From: SAR324 cluster bacterium JCVI-SC AAA005
GTDB taxonomy: Bacteria > SAR324 > NAC60-12
Length of the DNA stretch: 64,000 nucleotides
Direction: 5' to 3'
Assembly: GCA_000224765.2 (NCBI GenBank)
Contig: AGAU01000068.1
Span: 21,555-85,554, forward strand
Shown: in pieces, positions 20,302 through 29,956 of the stretch
Layout: every line of letters starts with the position of its first letter
Numbering within the stretch: the first letter of the stretch is position 1
Translations under genes and position numbers: made by a program
Notes under the pieces: generated by a model
Databases searched by the model: none
What the model was told of the DNA's origin: nothing
The model's input: only the letters and a program-made list of their open reading frames with translations

Positions 20302-20703
20302 ATGTCGTTTTTTTGTCGTGGACCCTTGCTGTTTAGCTTGTTTGGAATCGGAATTTTTGCTTGCAGTAGCAATCCGCCCAATCATGTTGATTTTAATTAT
20401 CCAACCATCAAAAGACTTCATGTGATGGAACTTTGTGAATTGCTTTACACCCCACGATATGCCCGATACGTTGCTCCCTCTCTGGATTCACGGGTACAAA
20501 AACTAGTTCCGATTTCAAACGGTGTGATCGCCCAATTTTATGATGGCCGCCGGTATGAAGTACCATTGGACTCCCAACTGCCTCCGGGCGAACACTATTG
20601 TGTCTTTGAATCCAATCCGACCCCCTGTGCCTCCAACGGCAAGGACTGGGACCGCCGCTGTGAGCGAAAAACTCCGATGCGTATTGACCGATTTGCCAAC
20701 TGA
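20302..20703 (+). CDS. Hypothetical lipoprotein
   Basis: Signal peptide with lipobox GIGIFAC. 133 aa. No recognisable domain. Confidence 0.5.
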   Translation: MSFFCRGPLLFSLFGIGIFACSSNPPNHVDFNYPTIKRLHVMELCELLYTPRYARYVAPSLDSRVQKLVPISNGVIAQFYDGRRYEVPLDSQLPPGEHYCVFESNPTPCASNGKDWDRRCERKTPMRIDRFAN

Positions 20704-20720
20704 ATCCCAAAACACTCCCC

Positions 20721-21333
20721 ATGAATGCTTTGATTCTTGTCGATCTACAAAATGCTTTCACTCCCAGTGGGGCGCTCCTAGTTCCCTAGGGGGATAGCAT
20801 TGTTCCACTGATCAATCAACTTCAGCAAAAGTTTGACCTAGTTGTAGCAACCCAAGACTGGCATCCCTCTGACCATCAGAGTTTTGCAATTCAGCACGAG
20901 GGAAGACAACCAGGAGAATTGATTGATCTGCATGGAATACCGCAAGTCCTATGGCCCGTTCACTGTGTTCAAGAAACGGAGGAAGCACAATTCATCTCTA
21001 ACTTAGATCAGAGTAAGGTCAAAAGAGTTTTCCGCAAAGGGCAAAATCCACGAATTGACAGCTAAAGCGGCTTCTTTGATAACGACCACCAGAGCAACGG
21101 GAATGGGAGAGTATCTACGTGAGCAAGGGGTAGACGAAGTATCTGTGTTAGGTCTGGCAACCGACTACTGTGTACACTTTACAGCAGCAGATGCTGCTGA
21201 ACTCGGGTTTCGAACTATCGTGATTTCAGAAGCAACTCGTGGAGTGAATTTACAAAAGGGAGATGTCGACCGTGCCCTTGTAGCTTTGCAGGAGCAGGGA
21301 GTCCGAATCCTTCTGAGTTCCGAGTTACCCTGA
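20721..21333 (+). pseudogene. pncA: Nicotinamidase/pyrazinamidase PncA, inactivated by 2 in-frame stops and 1 frameshift
   Basis: MNALILVDLQNAFTPSGALLVP[TAG 20787]GDSIVPLIN...ATQDWHP...LWPVHCVQ...FRKGQNPRIDS[TAA 21063]SGFFDNDHQS, then a +1 frame switch to TGMGEYLREQGVDEVSVLGLATDYCV. The catalytic D/K/C contexts are still recognisable. Confidence 0.85.
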
Positions 21334-21347
21334 TCCGTCACAAAGAT

Positions 21348-23912
21348 TTAAACAGTTCTCAAAAGTGCTAGCGGCTTCTGACGTAACGTTCGGTGTGCTG
21401 CAAGACTAGCTGTCACAACGCTAAGGGCTACCACTGCCATCAAAGTAACCGCATTGCTCCACCAGTTGATTTTCCAGAGATTCTCAAAGAGAACCCACGA
21501 AATGATGAAAGAAAAGATCAAGCTGAGTAGAAGGCCCGAAGCTGCTGCAAACAATGCAAGTAGCCCAAACTCTGTTTGAACAATGCGCATCACTAGGGGG
21601 AATCGCGCCCCCAAGGTCTTGAGCAGATTCATCTCCCAAACACGGCTTTGCACTTCCTGGCGAGCAATGGAGTACAAGACCACCAGACCAGCCAGAATTG
21701 CCAAATACGCCATAAAATTAATTGCAAAGCTGACCTGATCAATGATTTCGAAGGCTCTTGCTAAAATTCTTGTCACATCAATCACAGAAATATTGGGATA
21801 GGCACGAACAATACTGTTTTGAAGTGAAAGTCGTTTTTCAGGAGGAACATTCCGGATACTGCCCAGGAAAACCTTGGGGGCATCTTCCAGAGCACCGGGC
21901 TGCATCACAATAAAGAAGTCTGGTTGAAACGTAGTCCATTCCACCTTCCGCAAGTTTGCTACCTGGGCCTCGACTGGAATGCCTGCAATATCAAAGGTTA
22001 GCCGGTCCCCAACTTGCCACTCACGCCAGCCAGCAAACTCTTTCTCCAAAGAAACCTGAACGGGTTGATCGCCCATGAAATCATAGCTTCCACTGAGGGG
22101 CTTCCCCTCTACAATACCAAGGTTTACCTGATCCGCAGAGAGATAGGACAAATTGTATGTTCGACTCCTTCGCCGACGTTCACGGTTTTCATCTCGTACT
22201 ACATCATCTCTATCTTGGCCATGATAAATCTCTCCATTGACCATTGAGAGTCGAGCTCTCACCAATGGAGAAAGGCTCTCTAGAGCAAAACCTTCCTGAG
22301 CAACCACGTCTGTGAGGCCTTCAATCTGCTCTTCCTGGATATCGAAGACAAAAAACGTTGGGACTCGGCTGTCATCAGGCCGCTCCAGTTCTTCAACCAG
22401 CCCCTGCTGCAACTGGGGAATCAGATTGATCAGTAGGGTTCCCAAAGACATCGACAGGAAACAGGAAATTGCTGCAACTCGGTTACGGTTTAAACTGCGA
22501 AGAGCGATCTTGAAGACTGGTCTTTGACGATTCGAAAGATGACCACAAACCTTGAAGAGTAGCCAAGCCAACAAAGCAAGGACTAGTAAGGCTCCAATGA
22601 AAAGCAACAAAAACAATCCTCCCCTTTTGAATCCGGCAACCCAGATCGTTAGCCCTCCATACATCAAAAACCCGGGTACGTAGCTCGCCAGCTTCAGCTT
22701 CCAGGTGTTCCCCCGACTAAACTCCCGACTTGTATCACGCAGCAGGGCAATAGGTTGAACTCGATGGATTGAAGTCAGTACAGGTAAACAAAAAATTAGG
22801 CTCCCGATGGTTCCCAATACCATGGCCACACCGAGACTGGCCCAAGGCATATCTTGTTGAAAACCAAGCGGAAGAAAATCTGAGACAAGATGAGGTAGAA
22901 TCTGTAACAAGCCTAGAGACACGAAGGCAGAGACAATCACGGCCATTCCGCCCAGAATCAAAATTTGACTGAGTAAAAGGAGATAGGTTGACTTTCTGGC
23001 TGCACCCAAACTCATGAGAATTGCTATTTCCTGAAAACGGCTGTGCAGATAATCTCGAAATAGATAGGCTGCGCCCAATCCTGCTAGAAACAGAGCAACC
23101 AGCGAAACCATACCCAAATAATCATTCAGGTAGCCCAAGGCTCGACCAACTTGCTGGCTCGCTCCGGCAGGTGTCTGAACTCTAAGCGAGTATGCTTCTT
23201 CCCCGAGTTCATCCAGATCCTTCTGTAATTTTTCGGCAGCTAGTTCTTCATCAATTCCTAGAGCTAACTTATAATATTGACGGTGGAAAACCCGGCTTTT
23301 TCCAACTGCAGTTAGGCCTGTGTTCTGGACCTGCTCGTAGCTCATGTAAATTCGGGAAGCCACTCCAAAAGTAGAGAAACTTGTTCCTGGATCTTGCAGA
23401 ACTACGTCAGCAATCTTGAAAATCTGGTTACCAATCTGCAGGGAATCTCCCAGTTTTAAATCAAGAGAGGTCAGCAAGTCAGGATAGACCCAGATGACTG
23501 GCTCTTTCAGGGTTTGAGCAACTTCGCGAGGTCCAATGACCCCTTTTTCCTGGAGTTCCAATTCTCCGTACAGTGGGAAACCGGCATCAACAGCAATGAT
23601 CTGCGATAAGCGCGAATTGACTCCACTGGCGGACATTGAAACAAAGGAGATCTGACGACTCTGATTAATCGGTTCAAGGCTTTTTCTAATCGTTCGGAGT
23701 TCTTCTTCTGTGAAGGGACGAGTTGCATTGACCGCAATGTCAGCAGTTAGGATACTTTTCGCATTACGCCCCAAATGACTCTGGATCGATGAATTGAAAG
23801 AATTGAGCGCTAAAAACCCTACTAGCCCAATTGCCAGATTGAGGACGAAGAAAACACTAAATTTACGGTTGTTTCGAATTTCTCGCCAAGACAGCTTGAA
23901 CCAGATCTGCAT
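21348..23912 (-). CDS. ABC transporter permease with two FtsX/MacB-type domains (YbbP-like)
   Basis: 854 aa. N-terminal MQIWFKLSWREIRNNRKFS. Two 4-TM FtsX-like blocks separated by large loops. No adjacent ATPase gene. Confidence 0.75.
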   Translation of the reverse strand: MQIWFKLSWREIRNNRKFSVFFVLNLAIGLVGFLALNSFNSSIQSHLGRNAKSILTADIAVNATRPFTEEELRTIRKSLEPINQSRQISFVSMSASGVNSRLSQIIAVDAGFPLYGELELQEKGVIGPREVAQTLKEPVIWVYPDLLTSLDLKLGDSLQIGNQIFKIADVVLQDPGTSFSTFGVASRIYMSYEQVQNTGLTAVGKSRVFHRQYYKLALGIDEELAAEKLQKDLDELGEEAYSLRVQTPAGASQQVGRALGYLNDYLGMVSLVALFLAGLGAAYLFRDYLHSRFQEIAILMSLGAARKSTYLLLLSQILILGGMAVIVSAFVSLGLLQILPHLVSDFLPLGFQQDMPWASLGVAMVLGTIGSLIFCLPVLTSIHRVQPIALLRDTSREFSRGNTWKLKLASYVPGFLMYGGLTIWVAGFKRGGLFLLLFIGALLVLALLAWLLFKVCGHLSNRQRPVFKIALRSLNRNRVAAISCFLSMSLGTLLINLIPQLQQGLVEELERPDDSRVPTFFVFDIQEEQIEGLTDVVAQEGFALESLSPLVRARLSMVNGEIYHGQDRDDVVRDENRERRRRSRTYNLSYLSADQVNLGIVEGKPLSGSYDFMGDQPVQVSLEKEFAGWREWQVGDRLTFDIAGIPVEAQVANLRKVEWTTFQPDFFIVMQPGALEDAPKVFLGSIRNVPPEKRLSLQNSIVRAYPNISVIDVTRILARAFEIIDQVSFAINFMAYLAILAGLVVLYSIARQEVQSRVWEMNLLKTLGARFPLVMRIVQTEFGLLALFAAASGLLLSLIFSFIISWVLFENLWKINWWSNAVTLMAVVALSVVTASLAAHRTLRQKPLALLRTV

Positions 23913-23967
23913 AATCTAATGATCAAAAAAAGAGAAAGAAAATGAGAGGATTATCAATACGTTGACC

Positions 23968-24105
23968 TTAAACACCTTTGCGCCGACACCGCTCACTGCA
24001 GTAACGAACCTGGTCCCAATCAAGAGCCCATTTTCGCCTCCAGGTAAATGGACGCTGACATACAGGACAAATCTTCTGGGGCAGGTTAGATTTTTTGTGT
24101 GGCAC
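23968..24105 (-). CDS. DUF2256 zinc-ribbon protein
   Basis: [43 protein letters not shown]. The likely start is GTG 24105. The longer ORF to 24189 adds an atypical extension. Confidence 0.7.
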   Translation of the reverse strand: MPHKKSNLPQKICPVCQRPFTWRRKWALDWDQVRYCSERCRRKGV

Positions 24106-24300
24106 GATAAATACTTTTTCAAAATAGCATGAAGATTTGAAATTGCTTTGAGAAAATAAATAAACTGCTTTTGCAACGCTCAGACCCACTTAAAAATCAG
24201 GGTATTTGCGTTGCATCTTAAAGGGGGTCTTGTATCTTGCTGCTTTTGCAAAACCTTCAAAATCTCTTTAAACATCCTCCCTGTCACTTAGGAGAATTAT

Positions 24301-24834
24301 TTGAATGAAATAGCAGCCCATCTCAAACAGTTTGTCCGTACGATTCCTGACTTTCCCAAACCAGGAATTCTTTTCAGAGACATCACGACCTTACTGAGCA
24401 ACCCTACTGCATTCCAGGAGATTCTTCAGTTGCTGGTCAGTCAGTATAGTCATACAAAACTTGACGCAGTCTGTGGCATCGAATCCAGGGGCTTTCTCAT
24501 CGGTGCTCCACTTGCCTTGGAATTAGGGATTTCCTTCGTGCCCATTCGTAAACCTGGCAAACTCCCTGCGGCTGTCGAAAGTGTTGAATACGCACTGGAG
24601 TATGGGACAGACTCTTTGGAAATTCACAAAGATGCGCTTCAACCCGGTCAGCGAATAATACTGGCGGACGACCTCTTGGCAACGGGGGGAACAATTTCAG
24701 CAGCAGCGCAGCTTGTTCAGAGATTAGATACAATAGTTCATGAAGCTGCTTTCATCATTGAATTGGAAGGCCTTGGCGGTCGAGAGAAACTTTCATGTCC
24801 AGCATTTTCATTGATGCGTTTCTCAGAGGAGTGA
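24301..24834 (+). CDS. apt: Adenine phosphoribosyltransferase
   Basis: IPDFPKPGILFRDITTLL and PRPP motif ILADDLLATGGT. TTG start with AGGAG upstream. Confidence 0.92.
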   Translation: MNEIAAHLKQFVRTIPDFPKPGILFRDITTLLSNPTAFQEILQLLVSQYSHTKLDAVCGIESRGFLIGAPLALELGISFVPIRKPGKLPAAVESVEYALEYGTDSLEIHKDALQPGQRIILADDLLATGGTISAAAQLVQRLDTIVHEAAFIIELEGLGGREKLSCPAFSLMRFSEE

Positions 24835-25322
24835 TGGTTGCTTCATTCAAAAAGATCTGTGGTTGGAAAGAAGCAAAAAAACTGGTACAAAGCTGGAAAC
24901 AAGCTGGACAAAGGATTGGTTTTACAAACGGTTGCTTTGATATTCTTCATGCAGGCCATGTCCGCTACTTACAAGATTCCGCGGCTCAAGCTGACCAACT
25001 GATTGTGGGTTTAAATTCCGATGCTTCTGTTAAAAACTTGAAAGGAAGCAACCGTCCGATTGTTGCTGAAGATGATCGAGCATATGTCCTCAGTGGGCTG
25101 GAAGCCGTCGCTGCTGTCATCATCTTTCAAGAAGAAACACCTTTTAAACTTATAGAGTGGCTAGAGCCGGATGTGCTTATGAAGGGTGGTGACTATAAAG
25201 CTGAAGAGATCGTGGGTTATGACTCCGTCACAAAGAGAGGAGGGGCGGTAAAGGTATTGCCTTTTCTGTATGGCCGCTCCACGACAAATATCGTTCAACG
25301 TATTCGAGAACTTACAACATGA
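24834..25322 (+). CDS. hldC: D-glycero-beta-D-manno-heptose-1-phosphate adenylyltransferase (RfaE domain II type)
   Basis: GFTNGCFDILHAGHVRYL cytidylyltransferase motif. TGATG overlap with apt. Confidence 0.85.
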   Translation: MVASFKKICGWKEAKKLVQSWKQAGQRIGFTNGCFDILHAGHVRYLQDSAAQADQLIVGLNSDASVKNLKGSNRPIVAEDDRAYVLSGLEAVAAVIIFQEETPFKLIEWLEPDVLMKGGDYKAEEIVGYDSVTKRGGAVKVLPFLYGRSTTNIVQRIRELTT

Positions 25323-26257
25323 TAATCGTTACTGGAGGAGCCGGCTTTATTGGCAGCAATTTGATCTGGGGACTCAATCGGATAGGTTATGAAGACATTC
25401 TTGTGGTGGACAATCTTTCTCAAGCTGAGAAGCATCGAAACTTGAATTCCCTCAAGATTGCTGATTTTCTCGATAAAGAAAATTTCCTGGCTTTGTTACC
25501 AAAATTAGATAATGTCCAGACTATTTTTCACCAAGGCGCCTGCTCCTCGACAACAGAAACAGACGGACGCTACATGATGGAGAACAACTATCAGTTCTCC
25601 AAAACTCTGCTTCACCACTCTTTAGAAAATAAAATCGACTTGCTCTATGCCTCCAGCGCTTCAGTTTACGGAGATGGTGTAGCAGGATTTCGTGAAGAGA
25701 GAGCCTGCGAGTGGCCTCTCAACGTTTATGCATTCTCCAAATTTTCATTTGACAACTACGTTAGACAGCGTTTATCGCAAGCTTCTTCACAGGTTTTGGG
25801 CCTGCGCTATTTCAATGTCTATGGCCCCCAAGAAAACCACAAAGGCAAGATGGCTTCTGTTGCCTTCCACCTCTTTAGCCAACTTGCCCATGGTCAGAAA
25901 ATGAAATTATTTGCCGGAAGTGAGGGCTTTCGGAGAGATTTCATCTTCGTAGATGATATCGTGCAGATGAACCTGCATTTCTACCAGACCAAGGGCAGTG
26001 GAATCTTTAATGCGGGTACAGGGAAAGCAAGAAGTTTCCAAGACATTGCTACCACGCTACAACAGCTGGAACCAGAAGGCCAGATCGAAATCATACCTTT
26101 TCCTGATCACCTCCGAGACAAATATCAAGAATTTACTGAGGCCGATACGCGTCTTCTACGTAAAGCAGGTTACAAGCATCCAATCACTACCTTGGAAAAC
26201 GGGATACGTCAATACTATGATCTCTGGAAGCGAACTGGCGGCTACCGTCGGGAGTAA
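25319..26257 (+). CDS. hldD: ADP-L-glycero-D-manno-heptose 6-epimerase
   Basis: IIVTGGAGFIGSNL, YAFSK (YxxxK). 312 aa. ATGA overlap with hldC. Confidence 0.9.
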   Translation: MIIVTGGAGFIGSNLIWGLNRIGYEDILVVDNLSQAEKHRNLNSLKIADFLDKENFLALLPKLDNVQTIFHQGACSSTTETDGRYMMENNYQFSKTLLHHSLENKIDLLYASSASVYGDGVAGFREERACEWPLNVYAFSKFSFDNYVRQRLSQASSQVLGLRYFNVYGPQENHKGKMASVAFHLFSQLAHGQKMKLFAGSEGFRRDFIFVDDIVQMNLHFYQTKGSGIFNAGTGKARSFQDIATTLQQLEPEGQIEIIPFPDHLRDKYQEFTEADTRLLRKAGYKHPITTLENGIRQYYDLWKRTGGYRRE

Positions 26258-26261
26258 ATCT

Positions 26262-26933
26262 GTGACTTCATTTCCAAAAATCAAAGCCATCTTGTACGAC
26301 ATGGATGGGCTGCTTCTGGACACAGAAAATTTTTACACTGATGTGACACAAGAGATTGTCTCACGATTCGGGGGGAATTTTGACTGGTCCATTAAGTCAC
26401 AAATGTTGGGGCGACCTGCCCTCGAATCAGCCAGAACCCTGGTTAGGTTGCTGGAATTGCCCATCCAGCCAGAAGACTATCTTGCGGAGCGGAAAGCACT
26501 GCTCAACCAACGCTTCCCAGAAACAGAGGCGATGCCGGGAGCAATCGAACTGACCAGGCGAATGAAGAAAGCTGGAGTACCTCAAGCCGTAGCTACTAGT
26601 TCAACCAAAGAGGCATACACTCTCAAAACTAAAAAGCATCAAAAATGGTTTAGAGAGTTTGATGCCATCTTCACTGGAGATCATCCTGATATTCAAAACG
26701 GCAAGCCCGCACCAGACATTTTTCTAGTTGCTGCAAAAAAACTTCGGGTTCTTCCGAGCGAATGTCTTGTTTTCGAGGACGCGCCAGCCGGTGTCCAAGC
26801 AGCAAAAGCTGCCGGGATGAGTGTGGTAGTGGTTCCAGATCCCCAACTGGATCAAGAAATGGTGAAAAGTGCAGACCTAAAGCTGAATTCCCTACTAGAA
26901 TTTAAACCAAGTGATTGGTCCCTACCAAACTGA
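26262..26933 (+). CDS. HAD-superfamily hydrolase (beta-phosphoglucomutase-like subfamily IA)
   Basis: ILYDMDGLLLDTE (DxDxT), ...ATSS..., FEDAPAGVQAAKAAGM. GTG 26262 lies just after the hldD stop. The longer ORF from 25998 overlaps hldD. Confidence 0.8.
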   Translation: MTSFPKIKAILYDMDGLLLDTENFYTDVTQEIVSRFGGNFDWSIKSQMLGRPALESARTLVRLLELPIQPEDYLAERKALLNQRFPETEAMPGAIELTRRMKKAGVPQAVATSSTKEAYTLKTKKHQKWFREFDAIFTGDHPDIQNGKPAPDIFLVAAKKLRVLPSECLVFEDAPAGVQAAKAAGMSVVVVPDPQLDQEMVKSADLKLNSLLEFKPSDWSLPN

Positions 26934-26965
26934 GTTTAATTTCATTTCTACCTGATTCACTTGAC

Positions 26966-27199
26966 ATGCGGAGAATTCACATTCCTACACCCCAAAAAGC
27001 TTGGCGGACTTGCTGCCTGCTTGCTGTCGTACTAGCCTCTTTGACTTTTACACCCATTGTTCTCGTTCCAGATGAGATAGAACCAATTCTGATGGGGATG
27101 CCACGTACACTTTGGTTGGGTATGTTAATTTCTCTCGGATTTTTCGTACTCACTCTCTGGGGAGCTTTTCTCCTTACACGAAAAAATGAGAACGAATGA
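26966..27199 (+). CDS. Small 2-TM membrane protein, DUF3311-like symporter partner
   Basis: 77 aa with two hydrophobic helices. Its stop overlaps the start of the downstream solute:sodium symporter gene, the usual DUF3311 arrangement. Confidence 0.5.
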   Translation: MRRIHIPTPQKAWRTCCLLAVVLASLTFTPIVLVPDEIEPILMGMPRTLWLGMLISLGFFVLTLWGAFLLTRKNENE

Positions 27200-28599
27200 T
27201 GTGGTTTGGTATCTTGCTGCTGGCATATCTCATTGGCCTAGTCTATGTGCTACGTCTCTCTCAAATTGCTGAAGTTGGACCTGCCAGTGAGTACAGCTAT
27301 CGCTTCGCTGATTCCAATATTGGTAGTGTCCTAGGAGTTCTAACATTCTCCGCCACGCTTTTTAGTAGTTTCACTCTATTAGGGCTTCCTGATTTTTTTC
27401 GAAACCATGGGGTAGGCACTTGGATTTTTCTTGGTGTTACAGATATGGCAATGGCGTTTCTAGCGCTCTGGTTTGGCCTAAAAGTCCGTGAGAAATTCAA
27501 TGTACAGGAGTTTGAAAGTGTCAGTGAAATGTTGGCAAAGACCTATCATGCAGATTGGGTTCGTTTCATCTACTGGGCTGGGATTTTTGTGTTTCTACTA
27601 CCCTACGTAGCTATTCAAATCAAAGGAGTCTCTAGCTTTTTATCAGTTGCTTTTCCTGTAGATATTCCAAACTGGATTTGGTCTCTATTTATCTTTCTAG
27701 CCATTCTAGTTTACAGCCACTTGGGTGGTCTCAAGGCCATCATTTACAACGATGCAATCCAAGGGATGATTCTGCTGATGATCACAATGTTGATCGCTAC
27801 AATCTGTCTGGATCAGTTGGGTGGGTGGACCAGCATGTTTGAAAGAATTGAAGAGAAAAATCCCAAATTGCTTTCCATTCCTGGCCCCACAGGGCTCCTG
27901 AATACTCAGTTTCTGTTGGTTTCTTTTCTAACTATTGTCCTGATGCCAATCAGTCAACCTCAGCTTTTTGCCCGATTCACTGTGATGCGTGATGAACGAA
28001 GTATGATTGAGATGGTTTTGGGCATGAGTGTCTTCGTTTTTTTAATCATTACACCTACCATTGCGATAGGGATGTATGGAGCCATCAACTATCCGGATCT
28101 GCCAGCAAATGAATTCTGGGTTAAAACGCTTGTTAACGATCAACCCGAAATTATTGGTGCCCTAGCTGTCGTTGGCTTGATTGCCGCAGCAATGTCTACA
28201 GCCGACTCGCAGCTATTTGCCTTGGAATCGGAGGTTAGCCCCACCATTCGCACATATTCTTTCCGCAAGTTTCCTATCTTGATCTTTGCGATCATGGCAT
28301 TTGGTCTTGCTGTGCTGAGTTCATCTGAGTTGTTATTACTGGCTACAGTTAGTTTTGCAGGTACATCGCTCTTAGCTCCGATGATTCTCTTAGCAGTCCT
28401 TAGTAAAGATGGAGAGCATCCTCCCTTGCTGATTCCCGTCATCTGTGGCGCATCACTTTTGATTTATCTTATATCACTGCTCAGTGGATTTGTGCCTCAA
28501 GTGATTTTTGAATTCCGTATTGAGCTTCTACTTTTGTTTTTGAATCTCATCATAGTTGGCTTCTTTTATTTCTTTCGTGAGCAAAGCAGGATGGCATGA
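27196..28599 (+). CDS. Sodium:solute symporter (SSF) family transporter
   Basis: 467 aa with about 12-13 TM segments and an SSF-like pattern. Confidence 0.7.
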   Translation: MMWFGILLLAYLIGLVYVLRLSQIAEVGPASEYSYRFADSNIGSVLGVLTFSATLFSSFTLLGLPDFFRNHGVGTWIFLGVTDMAMAFLALWFGLKVREKFNVQEFESVSEMLAKTYHADWVRFIYWAGIFVFLLPYVAIQIKGVSSFLSVAFPVDIPNWIWSLFIFLAILVYSHLGGLKAIIYNDAIQGMILLMITMLIATICLDQLGGWTSMFERIEEKNPKLLSIPGPTGLLNTQFLLVSFLTIVLMPISQPQLFARFTVMRDERSMIEMVLGMSVFVFLIITPTIAIGMYGAINYPDLPANEFWVKTLVNDQPEIIGALAVVGLIAAAMSTADSQLFALESEVSPTIRTYSFRKFPILIFAIMAFGLAVLSSSELLLLATVSFAGTSLLAPMILLAVLSKDGEHPPLLIPVICGASLLIYLISLLSGFVPQVIFEFRIELLLLFLNLIIVGFFYFFREQSRMA

Positions 28600-29069
28600 T
28601 AAAGTTTCGCGCCAATGTAGCAGCAGTCATCATCAATCAACGTGGTGACAAGATCTTGATGTTCCACAGAGTAAACGGACGACGCAAGGGCTGGCAATTT
28701 CCACAGGGAGGTGTAGATGCAGGGGAAACAGAAGAACAAGCCCTTATGAGGGAACTAAAAGAAGAGATTGGCACTAATGATGTGAGGATTCTCAAACAGA
28801 GTCCCAAGCGAACTCGATATCAGTTTCCTAAATCTATAATGAAGAAAATGCAACACAGGAGCCGCTGGAGGAAGTATTGGGGGCAGGAGCAACGCTGGTT
28901 CCTCGTTCAGCTGAATCTTGGAACAGAAGTGCTTTCTTTGAATAATAAAGGACACAAGCAGGAGTTTGACCACTTCAAGTGGATGAGACCTAAGGCTGGC
29001 TTACGCAAGGTGGTGCGATTCAAGCGCAAGGCCTATCGAAAAGGATTAAAACGATTAGGTGTGATCTAG
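28596..29069 (+). CDS. rppH: RNA pyrophosphohydrolase / Nudix hydrolase
   Basis: FRANVAAVIIN... and Nudix box GGVDAGETEEQALMRELKEEIG. Confidence 0.8.
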   Translation: MIKFRANVAAVIINQRGDKILMFHRVNGRRKGWQFPQGGVDAGETEEQALMRELKEEIGTNDVRILKQSPKRTRYQFPKSIMKKMQHRSRWRKYWGQEQRWFLVQLNLGTEVLSLNNKGHKQEFDHFKWMRPKAGLRKVVRFKRKAYRKGLKRLGVI

Positions 29070-29839
29070 CGAAGCCGGAATCGATCGAGAATTTCGTTGG
29101 CTAGCCTGATGTATCCAGTTGCTCCGATTGAGTTGAGGCTACGGTTAATTACATCCACGCCGGCAGCGCTTGCGTCCAGTACCTGTGGACATTTAGGGAT
29201 GATCGTTTGAAAGACACTCTCTCCTAATGTTTGGTAGACCTGCCGGCAAACCTTTTGGTGAGCTGGAATCTCGTGGTCGAACATCGTCAAAAGAATTCCT
29301 GCAATTCGCAAATTTGGGTCGATGTTAGCCTGTAGGTCTTTGAAAGCAAGTAAAAAGCGTTTGAGAGACTTGATAGCGAGGGCTTCACACTGCATCGGAA
29401 CAACTACCAAATTCGAAGCGACCATCGCATTGATGCTCAGTGCGTTTGTAGAGGCGGGAACGTCAATAATGATGAATTCAAATTCCCCACGAGCTTGGCG
29501 AGCAAGCCACTGGTGCAGGTGATGGTAGTCTGCTGCCACCTTCATCAGTTCGTTTTCGTGCGTCAGCCGATCCACATCGTTCAAGATCAAGTACATGTTC
29601 TCAGTGCTAGTCGGCAAAAGAACATCCGAAAGGGTCGTGTTATCTTGGCAAAAGATTTCAAGAGTTCCCTGGATGACTCTCTGCTTAACTCCCATCGCCG
29701 AATAGACAGAGCCTTGGGGATCAAGATCCAACAGTAGAGTGCGGTAGCCACCAAGGGCGAAGGCCGTTGCCAAATGAACAGCTGAAGTGGTTTTACCAAC
29801 CCCACCTTTCTGGCTCGCAAAGGAGATGACAGTGGCCAT
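29066..29839 (-). CDS. ParA/Soj-family P-loop ATPase; orphan, with no parB in the window
   Basis: ISFASQKGGVGKTTSAVHLA deviant Walker A, and LLLDLDPQGS. Confidence 0.88.
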   Translation of the reverse strand: MATVISFASQKGGVGKTTSAVHLATAFALGGYRTLLLDLDPQGSVYSAMGVKQRVIQGTLEIFCQDNTTLSDVLLPTSTENMYLILNDVDRLTHENELMKVAADYHHLHQWLARQARGEFEFIIIDVPASTNALSINAMVASNLVVVPMQCEALAIKSLKRFLLAFKDLQANIDPNLRIAGILLTMFDHEIPAHQKVCRQVYQTLGESVFQTIIPKCPQVLDASAAGVDVINRSLNSIGATGYIRLANEILDRFRLR

Positions 29840-29880
29840 GCAGTAAAATCAGGAGCAGTTAGGACTTCAATAGCGAATCA

Positions 29881-29908
29881 TTATTCACCCATCAATTCAG
29901 GTGAATAA
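29881..29908. repeat. 9-bp perfect inverted repeat between the regulator stop and the parA-like start
   Basis: TTATTCACC at 29881-29889 and GGTGAATAA at 29900-29908, with a 10-nt spacer. Confidence 0.6.
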
Positions 29909-29956
29909 GGTACTTGTTGCGGAATTCGTACCAAGCAATCGCCACCCTTTTAATGC

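Noticed and set aside
25998-26261. Long N-terminal extensions of track ORFs (HAD 25998, crotonase 16332, GT4 41842, hldC 24795, thioesterase 1247)
   Set aside because: The extensions overlap the preceding conserved genes in another frame. Conserved N-termini and start/stop coupling support the shorter starts listed in the features.
29066-29069. CTAG tetranucleotide providing the TAG stop of rppH and, on the other strand, the TAG stop of parA
   Set aside because: This is real but trivial, a palindromic 4-bp convergent overlap. No functional implication can be argued from the sequence.
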